The notes: a model not told the origin generated them from the letters alone. 64,000 nucleotides of DNA from Octopus vulgaris (GCA_951406725.2 OX597830.1:75578001-75642000); one strand, 5' to 3'; counted from the stretch's first letter, positions 41,660-59,091 are shown. Numbers and translations are program-made.

Positions 41660-41904
41660 TTTTTTTTCGTAATGAGATTTAAAAAAACCAAGGCTGTGTA
41701 GATTTTAGAACATTTATAAATAGGTCTCACAGCTGTTTCTAGGATATTTATTATATCCCTTCATTACTTAACCATTTTCTCACACCGTCTCCGATGAAGG
41801 GATATAATAAATATCCTTGAAACAGCTTCTATTTATAAATGCTTCTATTTATAAATGTTCTAAAATGTACACAGCCTTGGTTTTTATCTCATTACGAAAA
41901 AAAA
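41660..41904. mobile_element. Fold-back of a Penelope-like terminal repeat with a hammerhead-like motif
   Basis: Arms at about 41660-41764 and 41794-41904. The plus strand reads gtct-CCGATGA-agggatat[aataa]atatcctt-GAAA-cagct; the other arm supplies cagctgt-g-agac. Confidence 0.7.
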
Positions 41905-42483
41905 AATGTTTATATACACATGCTGATGTATGACCTAAGTTGGACCCCTTATTCGCATAATCACCGAATTTGGAACTTAACTATGGTCTAGCCATAGCAT
42001 TTATTCAGCATTACCTGACACCTTTGGGTCTCACTGACACCATTACCTCTCATAACCTCATAATCATATATTACAAAAAATCGTAAGATAGTCAGCTGCG
42101 AGACGATTGGAATTAAATTTATCCAAATTCTCGAGCTAGGTGTAGGTATTTAGTACCAAAGTCCTCAACGTCTAGTGTATCGGACCACTATTGTAACAGC
42201 CTAAGGTTCAAATCATACACAGATTTTTAATATCTCAACGAAACACATTAGCCAAATCTTTGGCTAAATTCAAAGAATAACTGGTCAATATTTACGTTGG
42301 ATAACAGACGAACCGTTGTAAGGGCAATAATATCCAATACTGTAATTCACCAGAACCACCCAAGTAAAGGAAATTTATTAAAAAATTACATCAATGGTGG
42401 TGCCCCAGCATGACCAGAACATACATACATGCATATATACATATTACATATAGAGAGAGATATGTATCAATGCACGCTATATA

Positions 42484-42520
<37 letters not shown>

Positions 42521-42655
42521 GTACATAAGTTTAAATATATGTATGTATGTTTGTATGTATGTGTTTATATATATGTACACACATACACACACACACACAC
42601 ACCCACATATATATATATATATATACATACATACATACATGTATGCATAAACAAA

Positions 42656-42697
<42 letters not shown>

Positions 42698-43219
42698 TGT
42701 ATCAATGTATGTATGCATGTATGTATACATATATTCATACTCGTTTGCATATATGTATAGTTATATATAATCACACGCACACATATATTTATGTATATAC
42801 ATATACATATATACATATATATATAAATAGATATGTATATGCATATGCATATATACATAAATATATGTGTGTGTGATTATACATACATATACATATATAT
42901 ATATTTATATACGTGTATATATATACACATATATATATATATATACGCGTATATATATATATATATACGCGTATATAAACACGTATCCTCACGTATGCAC
43001 ATGCTTTGTTTGAGACTAGATTCAACGACAGCTGTAATGAAATATCGTTGTAGTGCTTATGTTCCGTTCCACTTCCTCTACGTTGTCGAGTCTTCCTAGA
43101 TACTCTTCCAAGTGTTGAAATCTACTAATGCAGAACACTGCGATGCAATGAAAACGAAACCAGTGGTACGTAGTATGTAAGTGTATGCGTGCGCTTATGT
43201 GATTAAGTGTGATTGCGTA

Positions 43220-43259
<40 letters not shown>

Positions 43260-43446
43260 TGTGAATGTTGGTGTGCGATTGAGTTTATGTTTGCGAGTGT
43301 ATGTATGTCTATGTGTGTGTGTGCGTGTGTGGTTTCTAGACTTTGTACATATACTCATATAGGAGAATCTGTTCTTTTGCAAGTTCTTTCAAGTCTACAA
43401 GTCTATATTGTATTTGTTGTTATACATACATACTTATATACATGCA

Positions 43447-43495
<49 letters not shown>

Positions 43496-43574
43496 GTACA
43501 CATATATGTGTGTGTATTTGTATGTGAGTATGTATATATGTATACGTATATATATATATATATATTTATGTATA

Positions 43575-43676
<102 letters not shown>

Positions 43677-44999
43677 AGTGTGTGTGTAATCTATATATTA
43701 ACATATGTTTCTATGCATGTACGTATGAACATGTGCATGTCTGGAAGTGAGTGCTAACGTGTGTATATGTGCGTCTGCCTGCCTGCGCGTGTGTGCGTGT
43801 GTGTTTTCCTTTTTACTTTTACTTCTGGACAAGGGAATAAAGGAGAATACTCAACATTTTAAATTTTTATGTATATAACGGAATGGAATTTGAATCTCCG
43901 AATTTGTCGTATTTAATCCTCAGTCAATAATGAACGCATTTGGAAAATAAATATATTTTATATCATCCATACACAATCCTACAGTTGTGCCACTGTACAT
44001 TAGTCAAAGTTGCCCCATGGTATCTACTAAAAGCATTGGCAGTTACTTAAACGCCTGCCACACCGTCGCCTTTGTAATGCAATGTGGGTGGGTTGAGAGA
44101 AGTATTTGACATTGTGTTGTTTTAGGAATACGTTCCAAATTCTTTGTAATTGAAATTGCTTAGTCATTAACCCTTTGACTACTTGATTAAATTTTGTAGC
44201 CATTCCCATAATGACGTTAATTATCAGCAAACAAAACACAAAAAAACAAATAGAATTGCTATTTTAGTTTTCTGCGATACATTTTAGTATCTCGTGTACA
44301 TACGGTTACTGTATCCAACACTATAAACTGTCTGATTTTTGCATTGTAAAAGAGATATTCGATGAAATATACAAAAAAATAAACATAAAGAAAAGGATAA
44401 CTTAAGAAAGTCTGCAAAATTTTCTTTGTAAAAACTGTCTTTATAGGCGTCTGCTTTGCATATAGTATAAGGAGAGATTTTTTTTCAAAGGTATGGAGTA
44501 AAACCACTGTCTGCTGAAAAGGACAATAAAAATTTTGAGCGGATACGTCCGTTTTCCACGATCAATAGGTTAAGGCATAGCTGCAGTTCTTATTTATTTT
44601 AGATCGAAACAGGTCTTTCTTCATGCTAAAATCGAAATCAGTGTGTTCTACATCGACGCGTTTTGTCTGGATCATGGATCGTGACACCATAACCCTAACT
44701 TTTCCATGACACAGTGACATTGATGGATCAACATCCTCCTCTTTTTCATTAGCATGTCCACCAACTATCGACTGATTTGGACCATCAGAGCTCTTTTTAC
44801 CACTAAATGTCAAAGTTAAATCGATTCATTTACTATTTGAAGTTACTGTCTGAAGGAAAATTCTCATGTAACATCTGTAACTTTGTTTGCATCCAGTGAC
44901 ATAAGCTAGATCGTCTTTTAGGGCAAATGCACACGTTGTTTAGAGGCCCTCAAGGCACATACCTGCTTTTTTAAAACATTTTTTTTACATTATCTGTTC

Positions 45000-46105
45000 C
45001 ATAAAATGACTGGTCATAACCGGTAAAGGCAAAAAGTTTTAGTAAAAATTCCGTAATGGAATGAAGGCGCGTCAGTTTGGGCACTAAGCTGTGTGAAAAC
45101 GTACTGCAACATCAGCGCAGAAGTGTGTGAGTCTGTAGTATCTGGGCTGCATATGTTTCAAAGAATCAATCAGGGCTCGAAATCAAATTGTTTAAAGATA
45201 GTTCAAAAGCTCTCGTTCAGGAGATGATAGCCTTGAAATTAAATCAAGGGGTAGGCCAAAATAAGTTAGTCGGCACGATGGATTAATTGATTTGGTTGAA
45301 CAAAATCCAAAAACAAAGGTTCGAAAACTTTAATCAGAATTCCAAACATCTAGCACAACTGTTTTTGGACACCTGTAAAAAATTGGAAAAGTCAAGAAAG
45401 CGGATCGGTTTGTTCCACATTAACTGAACGAGATTCAAAAAATTAGACGTCTCGAAATATGTTTCTTATTGCTTTCTCGACTCGAAAAAAAAAAACCATT
45501 TTTGCATCAAATCATGACTTGTGATGAGAAATGGATACTCTTTGACAACAGCAGGAGAACAGGGCAGTGAGTAGATACCTAAACATTACCCAAACCCACC
45601 ATTACACCCTAAAAAGTTAGTGGTCAATGTATGGTTGTCTGCAACAAGGTAAAACCGTATTGCCAGGAAATTGATTGTATGCTTGAGAATTTGAAAAAGA
45701 AGCAATCCAGACTAGTGAATAGAGATAGCCCAATTTTGCTCCACGACCTTGCGTGTCATCACACACCTCAAGCTACGGTCCAAAAGCCTGAATTATGAGA
45801 TTTTGCAACATCCTCCCTATTCGCCTGATATCTCTCCTACTGTTTTTCATTTATTTAAGCATTTTGAGCTTTTCAAATCTATAAACTATTCATAAATAGA
45901 GAAGAGGTAATTCAAGCATTCGGACAGTGTATCACAGCAGATGATTTTTTTTTTAAAGATGGAATGTATGACAGAGAGAAACGTTGGGTAAATATCATAA
46001 ATGAACATGGATCATACTTTGATTAAATAAATCGTTTTTTTACACTTCTGAAACATTTTATTTTTATCTTTCAAATACGACATTTCGTGGGGAAACAACT
46101 TGATA
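45000..46105 (+). mobile_element. Decayed mariner DNA transposon
   Basis: RSGDDSLE..GRP, KVKKADRFVPH, IMTCDEKWILFDN, PILLHD, HPPYSPDISP; multiple stops and frameshifts. Boundaries approximate. Confidence 0.88.
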
Positions 46106-46156
46106 TATATTTATATATTTATTTATTTATTTATAAACAGACATAAGTGTGAATTT

Positions 46157-46546
46157 GCTTACCAGCCACATGGTTCCGGGTTCAGTCCCACTTCGTAGCA
46201 CCTAGGGCTAGTGTCTTCTACTATAGCCTCGGGCCGACCAAAGCCTTGTGAGTGGATTTGGTAGACGGAAACAGAAAGAAGCCTGTCGTATATATCTATA
46301 TATGTGTATATGTATGTGTGTGTATACGCTTGTGTGTCTGGGTTTGTCCCCCCCTCCAACATCGCTTGACAACCGATGCTGGTTTGTTCACGTCCCCGTA
46401 ACTTAGCGGTTCAACAAAAGAGACCGCAAGAATAAGTACTAGGCATACGATAACAAGTCCTGGGTTCGATTTGCTCGAATAAAGGCGGTGCTAAAACATG
46501 GCCGCAGTCAAATGACAGACACAAGTTAAAGACTAAAAGAGTAAAG
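46157..46546 (+). mobile_element. SINE family A
   Basis: Close match to 1-330. Confidence 0.88.
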
Positions 46547-46548
46547 AT

Positions 46549-46625
<77 letters not shown>

Positions 46626-46864
46626 GGGAACAGTCAGAATTTTGGATAATTCTTTATAAGCGCTATCATTCTTTTATCCAACTCGTGAAGACAAAATCAC
46701 AATCAAAATGGTAAAAATAGTTCTATTTATCTATCTACCTATCTATCCTTTCTCCACCCATTATTTATTATTTTTCTTCATCTTTCTTGATTGTCCTGAA
46801 ACCTCTCTCTCCGTTAATTTCCCATCCCTCTTTGCTTTTCTTTCTCTCTTTCCTCCTTTCTCCT

Positions 46865-47220
<356 letters not shown>

Positions 47221-47767
47221 CAAAATTTATATGTATTTAAATATATGCACACATACGTTCATAGACTCATACATACACACACACGAAGGCTTGTGCGCAC
47301 AAAAACATATGCATGCATTCACACATACATATAGACACCTAGCCGTTTCACATAATATATGCATTTTACATTCATTAATTCACGCACACATACACACACA
47401 ATCATACACATACGCAAAGTCCAACAAACACACACACACACACACACACCATATATCTCGTCAATCGTCTAGAAAGTGACACAGCAAAAAGCAGATGTAT
47501 GCTTAGAATACGGCCATATGTGGCTATTGTGTTTGTGTAAAACACCATGCGTGTGTTTGTATACATACAGGGAGCCTCTGACATTGCACACGCATTCTCA
47601 ATGAACACTCATTCAAAAGACTCTTGTTATTTCATAAAAAATCGCACAAAGATGCGTAGAACACGGACATGAATATATGTGTTTTTGTCCGTCTATGTCT
47701 GTGCATATGTTTGCATATACATATATATATATGTATGTATTATATATACATACATATATATATATGC

Positions 47768-47836
<69 letters not shown>

Positions 47837-47843
47837 TACATAG

Positions 47844-47895
<52 letters not shown>

Positions 47896-48385
47896 TAATT
47901 TTCGATTCGCCTATGTATGTGTGTGCGTGTGTGTGAGTATGTGTATACACATATGCATACATATGCATACATATCCACACACATAACATTTACATGTGCG
48001 TAAATAAACACACGCATCCACACACACATAGATATATACTTCTGCTCGTCTGAATAAGTTTATTATGGGCAACTACATGTTCTTGTGTGTATATAGACAC
48101 GCATGAATGTCTCGAGGATCAATGTTTTAGGAAGAGCACTTAGTATTAAACACCCCTGTCCGAAGGGGGCCGAATATTTGCAAAAATAGAGTGGGTAGTG
48201 TATATAATTCAATGAAAGCTGCAATGTATCAACATAGATACATAGCTGCAACATGCAATGCAGATGCACACATCCACATACGCACACCTGTACACCAACA
48301 TTATACACTCACATATGCACACTCTTACTCATATATACATACAATTATATATATATATATTTATATATATATATACATATATATG

Positions 48386-48421
<36 letters not shown>

Positions 48422-48427
48422 TATATA

Positions 48428-48461
<34 letters not shown>

Positions 48462-48818
48462 CATATATACTACCAAACACATGATTTATATTGAACTCCT
48501 AATACTTTTGGTTGAATATTTTCTTAAATACTTTCTTGTTAACTGTTTTTAACATTTTCTCATTATTTATGTATTTCATACCTTTGTGACAACCAGTACT
48601 TAACACAACAAAGCTTTTACAAACCTTTACATTTTACTTTTGACATTTTTTTTCTAAATAAGTGAAACCGGTGAAGTGAATAAACATCTTTAAAATTGCA
48701 ATCAGGCTGTTACACATTTTCGATTGCATAGACGGTATAATTACAATTGCAACGCGTCCCAATAGTCTTGGATTAGACCTTACGATCTTAAAAACATCTG
48801 CCCAACAAAGTAGCTACA

Positions 48819-48863
<45 letters not shown>

Positions 48864-48932
48864 TAGATAGATAGATATATATACTTAATAAATAGGGTTC
48901 AGCAAAGATTTGCTTTACCACATACCGAAGTT

Positions 48933-49002
<70 letters not shown>

Positions 49003-49003
<1 letters not shown>

Positions 49004-49680
49004 GAGGGTAATTCCAAAAGTAAGGTTTCCAAACCGCTGGGGAAGCAGGGAACTGTGCGTGCGGCTATTGGCAACACTGTGGTGTTTGTTGTGCATGCCC
49101 CTGCGACTGCGCCTGCCCCTGACCCTGTGCGCGCCTCGCTGCCACGCTCAGCCTTGGCTTGACAGTCGTATCTGATGGACCTTCCGATTGACGCTACGGC
49201 CAAATGTGAAGTTCGCTAAATTATCCGGTTTTTGGACACAAAACCGATTGAAATTCATCGCCAATTAACTGAAGTGTATGGCAAGTCGCGCATGGATGTC
49301 ATAAACGTCCGTAAATGGTGTAGAGTGTTGTACTAAAATATATGACGAAGAAAGATGCAGCGGCCATCAATTTCCGACGAGACAGTCAAGAAGGTTGAGC
49401 AAATTCTGCGTGAAAACCGGCAGATCAATCTGGATGATGCTCGCATTTTGGTTCCTGAGGTATCCCGAAGCAGCATTCATAGGGTTTCGAGTGAAATGTT
49501 GCAATATCGGAAGATGTGCGCAAGATGCCCACAGAAGACCATAAACGGCAGCCTACCTAATAGTTCGGAATTTGGCACACAATGACTAACAGTCTGTTCC
49601 CTAAGTTGAATGAACATTTGGCCGGAATGTGCTTCAGCAACAACGGCGCTTCCTCAAAGACATGGCGGTGAGTTGGTATG
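49003..49680 (+). mobile_element. Internally deleted mariner transposon (left TIR, N-terminal HTH, C-terminal remnant)
   Basis: TA|cgagggtaattccaaaagt TIR in (TA)n; ATG at 49175 giving [36 protein letters not shown], then a YSPDLAP-like remnant and LFPKLNEHLAG. Confidence 0.82.
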
Positions 49681-49976
49681 ACTTATTCTTTGTAATCCTA
49701 GTACTTTTTTGCCGAACCGCTAAGTTACGGGGACGTAAACATACCAGAATTTGTTGTCAAGCGATGTTGGTGGGGACAAACACAGACATACAAACATATA
49801 TATACATATATACGGCGGGCTTCTTTCAGTTTCCGCCTACCAAATCCACTCACAAGGCTTTGGTCGGCCCAAGGCTATAGTAGAAGACACTTGCCCATGG
49901 TGCCCTGCAGTGGGACTGAACCCGGAACCACATGGTTCGTAAGCAAGCTACTTACTACACACCCAATCATACGCCT
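49680..49976 (-). mobile_element. SINE family A abutting the mariner remnant
   Basis: Reverse complement of the family A head and body. Confidence 0.85.
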
Positions 49977-50489
49977 ATATATATATATATAGAAATGTGG
50001 CTGGCTTCCATGCAGTGTTTCCTTGTAGTAAATTCATTCATAAAGCATTCATCGGCCCGTTGCTCTAATAGAAAAGACTTGCCTTATGGGACTTAGCGGA
50101 AAACAAGTTGATTGCAAACGAACTTCTTACTTAGACAGCCATGCTCGTGGGTGCTTTCGTATGCGAGTGTATATATTCATGACTGTATGTCCTGAGTTTG
50201 TCTTGAATCTGCAGTCCCAGCAGTCTTAAGTGAATCGCGGATTTCCAGTATTTAAGCCATTGAAAACAGAAGACTCACACACGAACGACGCGCCGGTGCT
50301 CTACAGAACTTACTCCACAGGCGTAGCTTGTACTCAATTTCGGTTGAGTGAGCTAGAACGTAATGAAATGAACCGGGGTATAAATGATCCATCGAGCTGC
50401 ATTCTGAGAATCGAACCGACAACCGATCTTCTGTACACCCAATAGCCACACGATTTGGTCATACGCCTTCAAATGTAAATCTAGACACT

Positions 50490-52075
<1,586 letters not shown>

Positions 52076-52639
52076 TCTTTTCCTAACAATCTGTATTTCT
52101 GCCTCTAAGCGTAGCTGTCCTTCTGTCCGCCTATATATTCATCTCTCTTTCACTCTGTGTGACTGTTTCTCTGTTGTGTAGCGGTATACAAAATCCAGTT
52201 CCTCTCTGCTGAATCATTTACCAAAGATATTCACTTAGCTATTACAAATGATATAGCTTGTTACGGCAAGAACTCTCCAGCCATCCTCCTCTCATACAAA
52301 ACGCCACTACTTTCACAATGACCCTCCAAATATCTATACACATTTGTAAACAGGGCAGAAACATACTACATCATGTTCGTTCCCTATGGTGCCAGCGAGG
52401 TCGAGTGTGTGTGTGGTCACTAGATAAGACGGATACCAGAGTCTACATTCCCAATATTAGGAAAAATAGACGGAATGTTTACATCGCATAACTCAGCATG
52501 ACCATGGCTAGAATAGATACATATATTCTTCTGTTCTTTTATACGTTTCAGCCCTAAGGCTGTGGTCACGCCGGAGTACCACCATACATTATATCAATGG
52601 TGTTAGTGTGTGCTGCATGAATTCAAAAGCGGATATTCA

Positions 52640-53530
52640 GCAAGGGAAGCAGCAAAAAGTATTCGTTCTTTCAATGGAAATGAAGTATTAAGTGTCCGGA
52701 CAGGTCAACAGTAGTTTGGCTAATTTCGGTCGGAAACCTTCTCTCTCGCAGGTTCCCATTTATTCAGACGAAAAAGTTCTGTTCGTAAGTTAAAGAAAAT
52801 CCAATTATACCTGCCCAAGAATTAGCAAAACAGTTCAAGTTAAATCTCGATCTTAAAACACCTTCATGAAAAGGGAAATTTGTATAAACTTAGTGAGTGG
52901 GCTCCGCACTTTTTTGTCTATTTCTCAGTTTAATCAACTCTGTTAGTCATTGAGGACTAACTACGAAACATTTCCTGGGTTCAATCGCCACCAGTGAGGA
53001 AATGTGAGTAATCTATAATAATATCTAAAAAAAGCAGCAATGTTTCATACCCAATCATAAAGTAGAATTCATTCCTAAACTTGGACGATAGCTAAAAAAA
53101 TTAAGCGATGATTTCCGTGAGATATACAGGGTACGGTTTATCGTGAAGTTTTAAATGAAGTATTGTGGTATCTGAAAACATTACGCAAAATTTGCTGAAA
53201 AATGCCCGACATTGACTAAAGATGTTGAACTTAGACGATAAGTCAAGAAAATATAATGCCCAAAGAACTCAAGAAAAGATTAGGGCACTAAATATAAACC
53301 TTTTGCTTCTTCTTCCTTACCTTCTTAACTTTGCACCGAATGACCAAAATCCGTTTAGATCACTGCAATACTATTTAGGGGAAAAACAGTTCATACAATC
53401 TGAAGTGGCCAAATGTGATACTGATTGTTTCTTTGCTTCGAAATATGAAGGATTTTGGGTCCGGGGCATCAGCAAAACTAGATGGGAAAATAGTGTCAAT
53501 ATCTACGATAAACAGGCGAAGTTTTGATAA
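52640..53530 (+). pseudogene. Highly decayed mariner transposase
   Basis: KENP..QELAK, KLSEWAPH (WVPH-like), IATSEEM*VIYNN (TGDEKW-like), PYLLNFAPND..FRSLQYYLGEKQF, FFASK..FW..GI. Confidence 0.7.
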
Positions 53531-53582
53531 GATATACTAGTTAAATCCAAGCAGCAAATGTTTCTTTCCCGTCTCGAAATGA

Positions 53583-53674
<92 letters not shown>

Positions 53675-53682
53675 TAGATAGA

Positions 53683-53880
53683 TAAGTTTCTTTATTGGCC
53701 ACACAGGGCTGCACACAGATGGGACAAGTTACAAGGTAGAGCTTTTCTTTTGGGGGATGAAAAAAAACAAAAGACAAAAAACAAAAGAAACAAAAAAAAA
53801 GAAAGGTGGTGTAGGTTTTCGATCAAAAGGGATCGTAAAAGGGGAAAAAAGAACAAAAAATAGAAAAGAAGAAAAAAAAA
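53683..53880 (-). mobile_element. Probable LINE 3' terminus (possibly Tx1/L1-type)
   Basis: The minus strand is T-rich and ends 'gcagccctgtgtggccAATAAAgaaact' directly before a microsatellite. The clade assignment is from recall only. Confidence 0.4.
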
Positions 53881-54405
53881 GATAGATACATAGATTAAAA
53901 GAAACATACATACATACATATATATATATACACATATACATACTTACATATCTGTCTGACGGGTCATCCATGTTGCTATGCTATTTATGGATGCGAAAAC
54001 ATTGGTCACTCTATAATCAGACATATACTTAACTGCATATAGATAACACACACACACACACACAAACACACATACACACACACACATAGATATATTCAAT
54101 AATGCATGTGCGTCTGAGTGCATTCTAAGAAGAATATACGTTCGTTAAAGAACTAGAACAATTTGAGTCGTAGACAAACTCACACACAATACCGAATTTC
54201 CATATATATAATGTTCTAATTCGAACATATAGGTTAAGCAATTTTCAAGGCTGACCACTCGGATGAATTTAACGTTATGTGATGCCATGCTAGTAATAAA
54301 GAGTAATGCTCTTCAGTGCGGACGCATTATCCTCGAAAATTATAAAACATACACACATACATACATAAAAAAAAAAATATATATATATGTAAGTATTTAA
54401 CTATG

Positions 54406-54443
<38 letters not shown>

Positions 54444-54529
54444 ACATAAAAGGTATAGAGACATTCAGTACCATACTGAGAAACCAAATCATACATTTTG
54501 TATACATCGATTTCTACACACACACACAC

Positions 54530-54592
<63 letters not shown>

Positions 54593-54800
54593 TGGCCTAC
54601 ATAACCAGTGGAACCCTTCACTCGTATGCACCGTCTTTTTACATTGTGTTTATGTTCCTTTACGTTTTTTTTTATCTTTCTAAATATTTTTTGTGTGTTT
54701 TCAGTATATTTCTTTCTCGATATATAAGCCAATACATTTTTGCTATCTCATTCATATGTATATATGTATATATATACACACAAACTCACACAAGCACACA

Positions 54801-54856
<56 letters not shown>

Positions 54857-54875
54857 TATATATATATATATATAT

Positions 54876-55316
54876 AGGCGCGGGCGTAGCTTTGTGGTAA
54901 GAAGCTTGCTTCCCAACTACTTGGTTCCGGATTTGGTCCTACTGCATGGCACCTTGGACAGGTATCTTCTACCATTTGCCTCGGGACGAACAAAGTCTGG
55001 TGAGTGGATTTGGTACACGGAAACTGAAAGATACCCATTGTATATATATATGAGTGTGTATGTATTATGTATGTCTGTATTTGTGTGTGTGTCTTCGTGT
55101 CTGTGTATATTCCCCAATTACCGCTTGACAATCGGCGTTGGTGTGTTTACGTCCCCGTAAGCTAGCTGTTTGGCAAAATAGACTTATAGAATAAATACTG
55201 GGTTTTAAAAAACTTCTAGTGCCAATTTGTTCGACTAAAACTCCTCGAGGCGGTGCTCACGGATGGCCGGCGTCAGGTGACTGAAACAAGTAAAAGAATA
55301 AAGAAATAAAAGAATA
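54876..55316 (+). mobile_element. Full-length SINE family A
   Basis: Head 'ggcgcgggcgtagctttgtggtaagaagcttgcttcccaac' through the 'gactgaaacaagtaaaagaataaag' tail. Confidence 0.85.
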
Positions 55317-55343
55317 TATATATACAAATGTGTACTTACCTAC

Positions 55344-55376
<33 letters not shown>

Positions 55377-55671
55377 CATCGAATTCTTTGGGTCTCGAGC
55401 GGCCTGAGTATATATCCGCGTTTCAACCTATGTATGCAAAAATATACATAGACTGAGACACACACTCACATACGCACGAATCGAAAATAAGAATTCATAT
55501 ACACACTTCACAGATATAGATACTTTCAAATATATGTATACATATTTTCGGCATCTCATATATATGCACACACACATGTGTATCTGTATTCGTATTAATG
55601 TGTATGTGTGTGTGTCTATTTAGATATTTATATCCATACATGTATATATCAGTATACGTATGCATGCAAAT

Positions 55672-55754
<83 letters not shown>

Positions 55755-55883
55755 CGATATGCTTGTATGTGTGTATGTATATATATTTATATATATATTA
55801 AGCTACATATCAATCTATTCATCTTTCTCTCTATATATATATGTATGTATATATATGTGCATAGATATGTATATATACATATG

Positions 55884-55941
<58 letters not shown>

Positions 55942-56007
55942 TATATATATACATATATATATATACACATACAAACACATGTATATATGTATATATATAT
56001 GTATGTA

Positions 56008-56109
<102 letters not shown>

Positions 56110-56617
56110 AATTGGTTAAAGAGTTCTGGAGACAGAACCATTTCCACCTCAGTTGTTATTGTGTTAGCACTGACCAGTGATCTTGCACATTTGTTTACTT
56201 CTGGGTTCACTGCGTCTGTCTTTTCCATACACCCCTACTCCAACACACACTTGTACACACATACACTTAGAGATAAACGCTGATATACAGCCTGAAACAC
56301 ATACATATCTACGCTTCCTTGTTTCTTGTCAACATTTGGAACTACTTTTGGAATACACGTGATGATGTCGATTTTGTTAACCTTTTCAACATCGGGGCAG
56401 TCTTCGTTGGCATTCATTTTTACAATTAGAGCAGTGAACTTCCTTATTTATATAATTTCATTGCTATATACGTGTGTGTTTGTGCGAGCGTGTCTGTGTC
56501 TGTGTGTGTATGTGCGTGTGTGTGTTTGTGTGTGTGTGTTTTTGTCGGGTTCATTAACAAACTTGTACTGTTTTCTTTATGAACCCGAAATTTAGCAAAC
56601 ACAAACAGAAAGATACC

Positions 56618-56662
<45 letters not shown>

Positions 56663-56739
56663 AGTAAGAAAATTTTTTTAAAAATATATATATATATCAT
56701 TTCTCCACGTGCGGTCAACACAACCCCACCATTTATTGA

Positions 56740-56769
<30 letters not shown>

Positions 56770-56772
<3 letters not shown>

Positions 56773-56936
56773 GAAAGGCTTCTTTCAGTTTCCTTCTACC
56801 AAATTCCCTCACAAGGCTTTGGTCGACCCGAGGCTATAATGGAAGACATTTGCCCAAGGGGCCACGCAGTGAGAGTGAACCCAGAACCATGTGGTTGGGA
56901 ATCAAGCTTCTTATCACACAGCCACTCCTGCGCCTG
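56770..56936 (-). mobile_element. SINE family A, 5' half
   Basis: Ends 'cacacagccactcctgcgcc'. Confidence 0.82.
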
Positions 56937-57359
56937 TCAAAGGATTGTTTTAATTAATGAGTTTCTCTCTCACACTAGGTGAGTATATTCAAAATCTTTA
57001 CTATAACTCTCGAAGGCAAAAATTGTACTTTTACCCAAGTGAAGGAATGTATTAAATACTACGGATTTTGATGCCAAAATTGCTAAATAATGCCAATCTA
57101 CAAAGCTCCAGCGAGGCTCACTGGCGCCCTATCCCTTTGCTTTACCTTTTAAACATTGCTATCATCATTGTAACTGCCTATTCAAAGCAAACTGAATTCA
57201 CATCGTCACTATACAGTCATTCCCGACCCCACGGATTTTCGCCCATCCTCTCTATTGCTGTGTCGAACCCAATAACTCTGCACTAAACACTACGCTCTTA
57301 CTTAATTTTCTTTCTTAAACGCTGGTCGTATAAATTTTGTGATTTCTTGCTTGTATGCA

Positions 57360-57600
57360 TACAACTTTATCTTTTACTTGTTGCAGATATTTGAATTTGG
57401 CCACGGGTGGGTACCAGCTGGATGAGTTTAGTAAAACTAAATCCAAGGATTTATTTTTAAAATCCGGTAAATAACTATCCATTTTAGTGTTTGCTGAAGC
57501 GCTACGTAAGGCGGGGACATAAACACAACAGCATCGGTTACCAAGTGGTAATGGAGACACAAAGACACGCACATTCAAACACAGATACAAACATATACAC
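57360..57600 (-). mobile_element. SINE family A, 3' half, degenerate
   Basis: 'ttttatcttttacttgtt' and 'ggggacataaacacaacagcatcggtt'. Confidence 0.65.
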
Positions 57601-57603
57601 ACA

Positions 57604-57673
<70 letters not shown>

Positions 57674-57680
57674 TACATAT

Positions 57681-57809
<129 letters not shown>

Positions 57810-57850
57810 TATATACATATATATACATATATATATATACATATATATAC

Positions 57851-57890
<40 letters not shown>

Positions 57891-58711
57891 CATACATGTG
57901 TGTGTGTATGTATGTATATACGTATAAATATATACATGCATATATGCATAACGATATATAAAATATATGTGCGCGCGCGCTTGTGCTTGTGTTCATAAGT
58001 GCCTTAGTGCGTGTTTGTGTATAAGTTCATGTGTGTGTGTGTGCGTGCGTGTGTATGTGTGCGTGTGTGTGTATGCGTGTGTGTGTGTGATTCACCTTTT
58101 GCTAATTCGCAGTTTCAAGTCTTCAATCTTCAGACAAAATAGGAAGTGAGCAACATGGAGTCCGTTATAGTCAATTCATCGGAAAGCTGGGATAATAAAA
58201 TATCTTTTGGGTGGGTCCGGACTGATATTTCGAAATGATAAAGAAATTATAAACAACTAATAGTAAAGGACTTCTATCAGATAACAGATAAAATTGCAAA
58301 AATATTTATTACGATAAACCATAAAATAATGTGAAAATGTAAATGTGAAAATATATTTATGTAATACAAAATATCAAAAAAAAAAAAATATATTAAATCG
58401 TTGAAAGAGCCACGGATTCGGAAAGGCGATTTCTTTTTATATTTTATATTCGTTATCTGTTATATTTTATACCTATATATCTCCATTATGTTATCTTTTA
58501 TCGTCCTAAGTATTTTCTAGTCTTTTATTTTTTGTTTCATTTCGAAATGTTTTAATAATTTCTTCACGTTTCCTTTTATTTTATCCTTCTACACACAGTT
58601 TCATTATCAACACATTTCTTGTACCTCTCATCATATTTTGTACGAGGATCGGATGCGAGAAACTTTGAGTTAGTCACTGTGGTTAGTTGGTGTCCAGATT
58701 TATCCGTCTGT

Positions 58712-58823
<112 letters not shown>

Positions 58824-58841
58824 CTATCTATCTCTCTATCG

Positions 58842-58905
<64 letters not shown>

Positions 58906-59058
58906 GTCTGTCTGTCTCTGTCTATCTATCATGTGTGTATCTATACACACACACACACACACACTATCTTCATCTGTCTGTCTATCTCTCTATCGATCTA
59001 TCTATCTATCTATCTATCTATCAACTACATATTTGCATCTCTCTCTCTCTCTCATACT

Positions 59059-59091
<33 letters not shown>

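Noticed and set aside
43137-43175. actgcg...GAAAC-cagtg-GTA-cgtagt hammerhead-like half
   Set aside because: Helix I and III pairings exist, but the CUGANGA core and helix II are absent.
56235-56417. 60-aa minus-strand ORF in unique sequence (MNANEDCPDVEK...)
   Set aside because: No recognisable domain or convincing splice sites, and it runs into a microsatellite.
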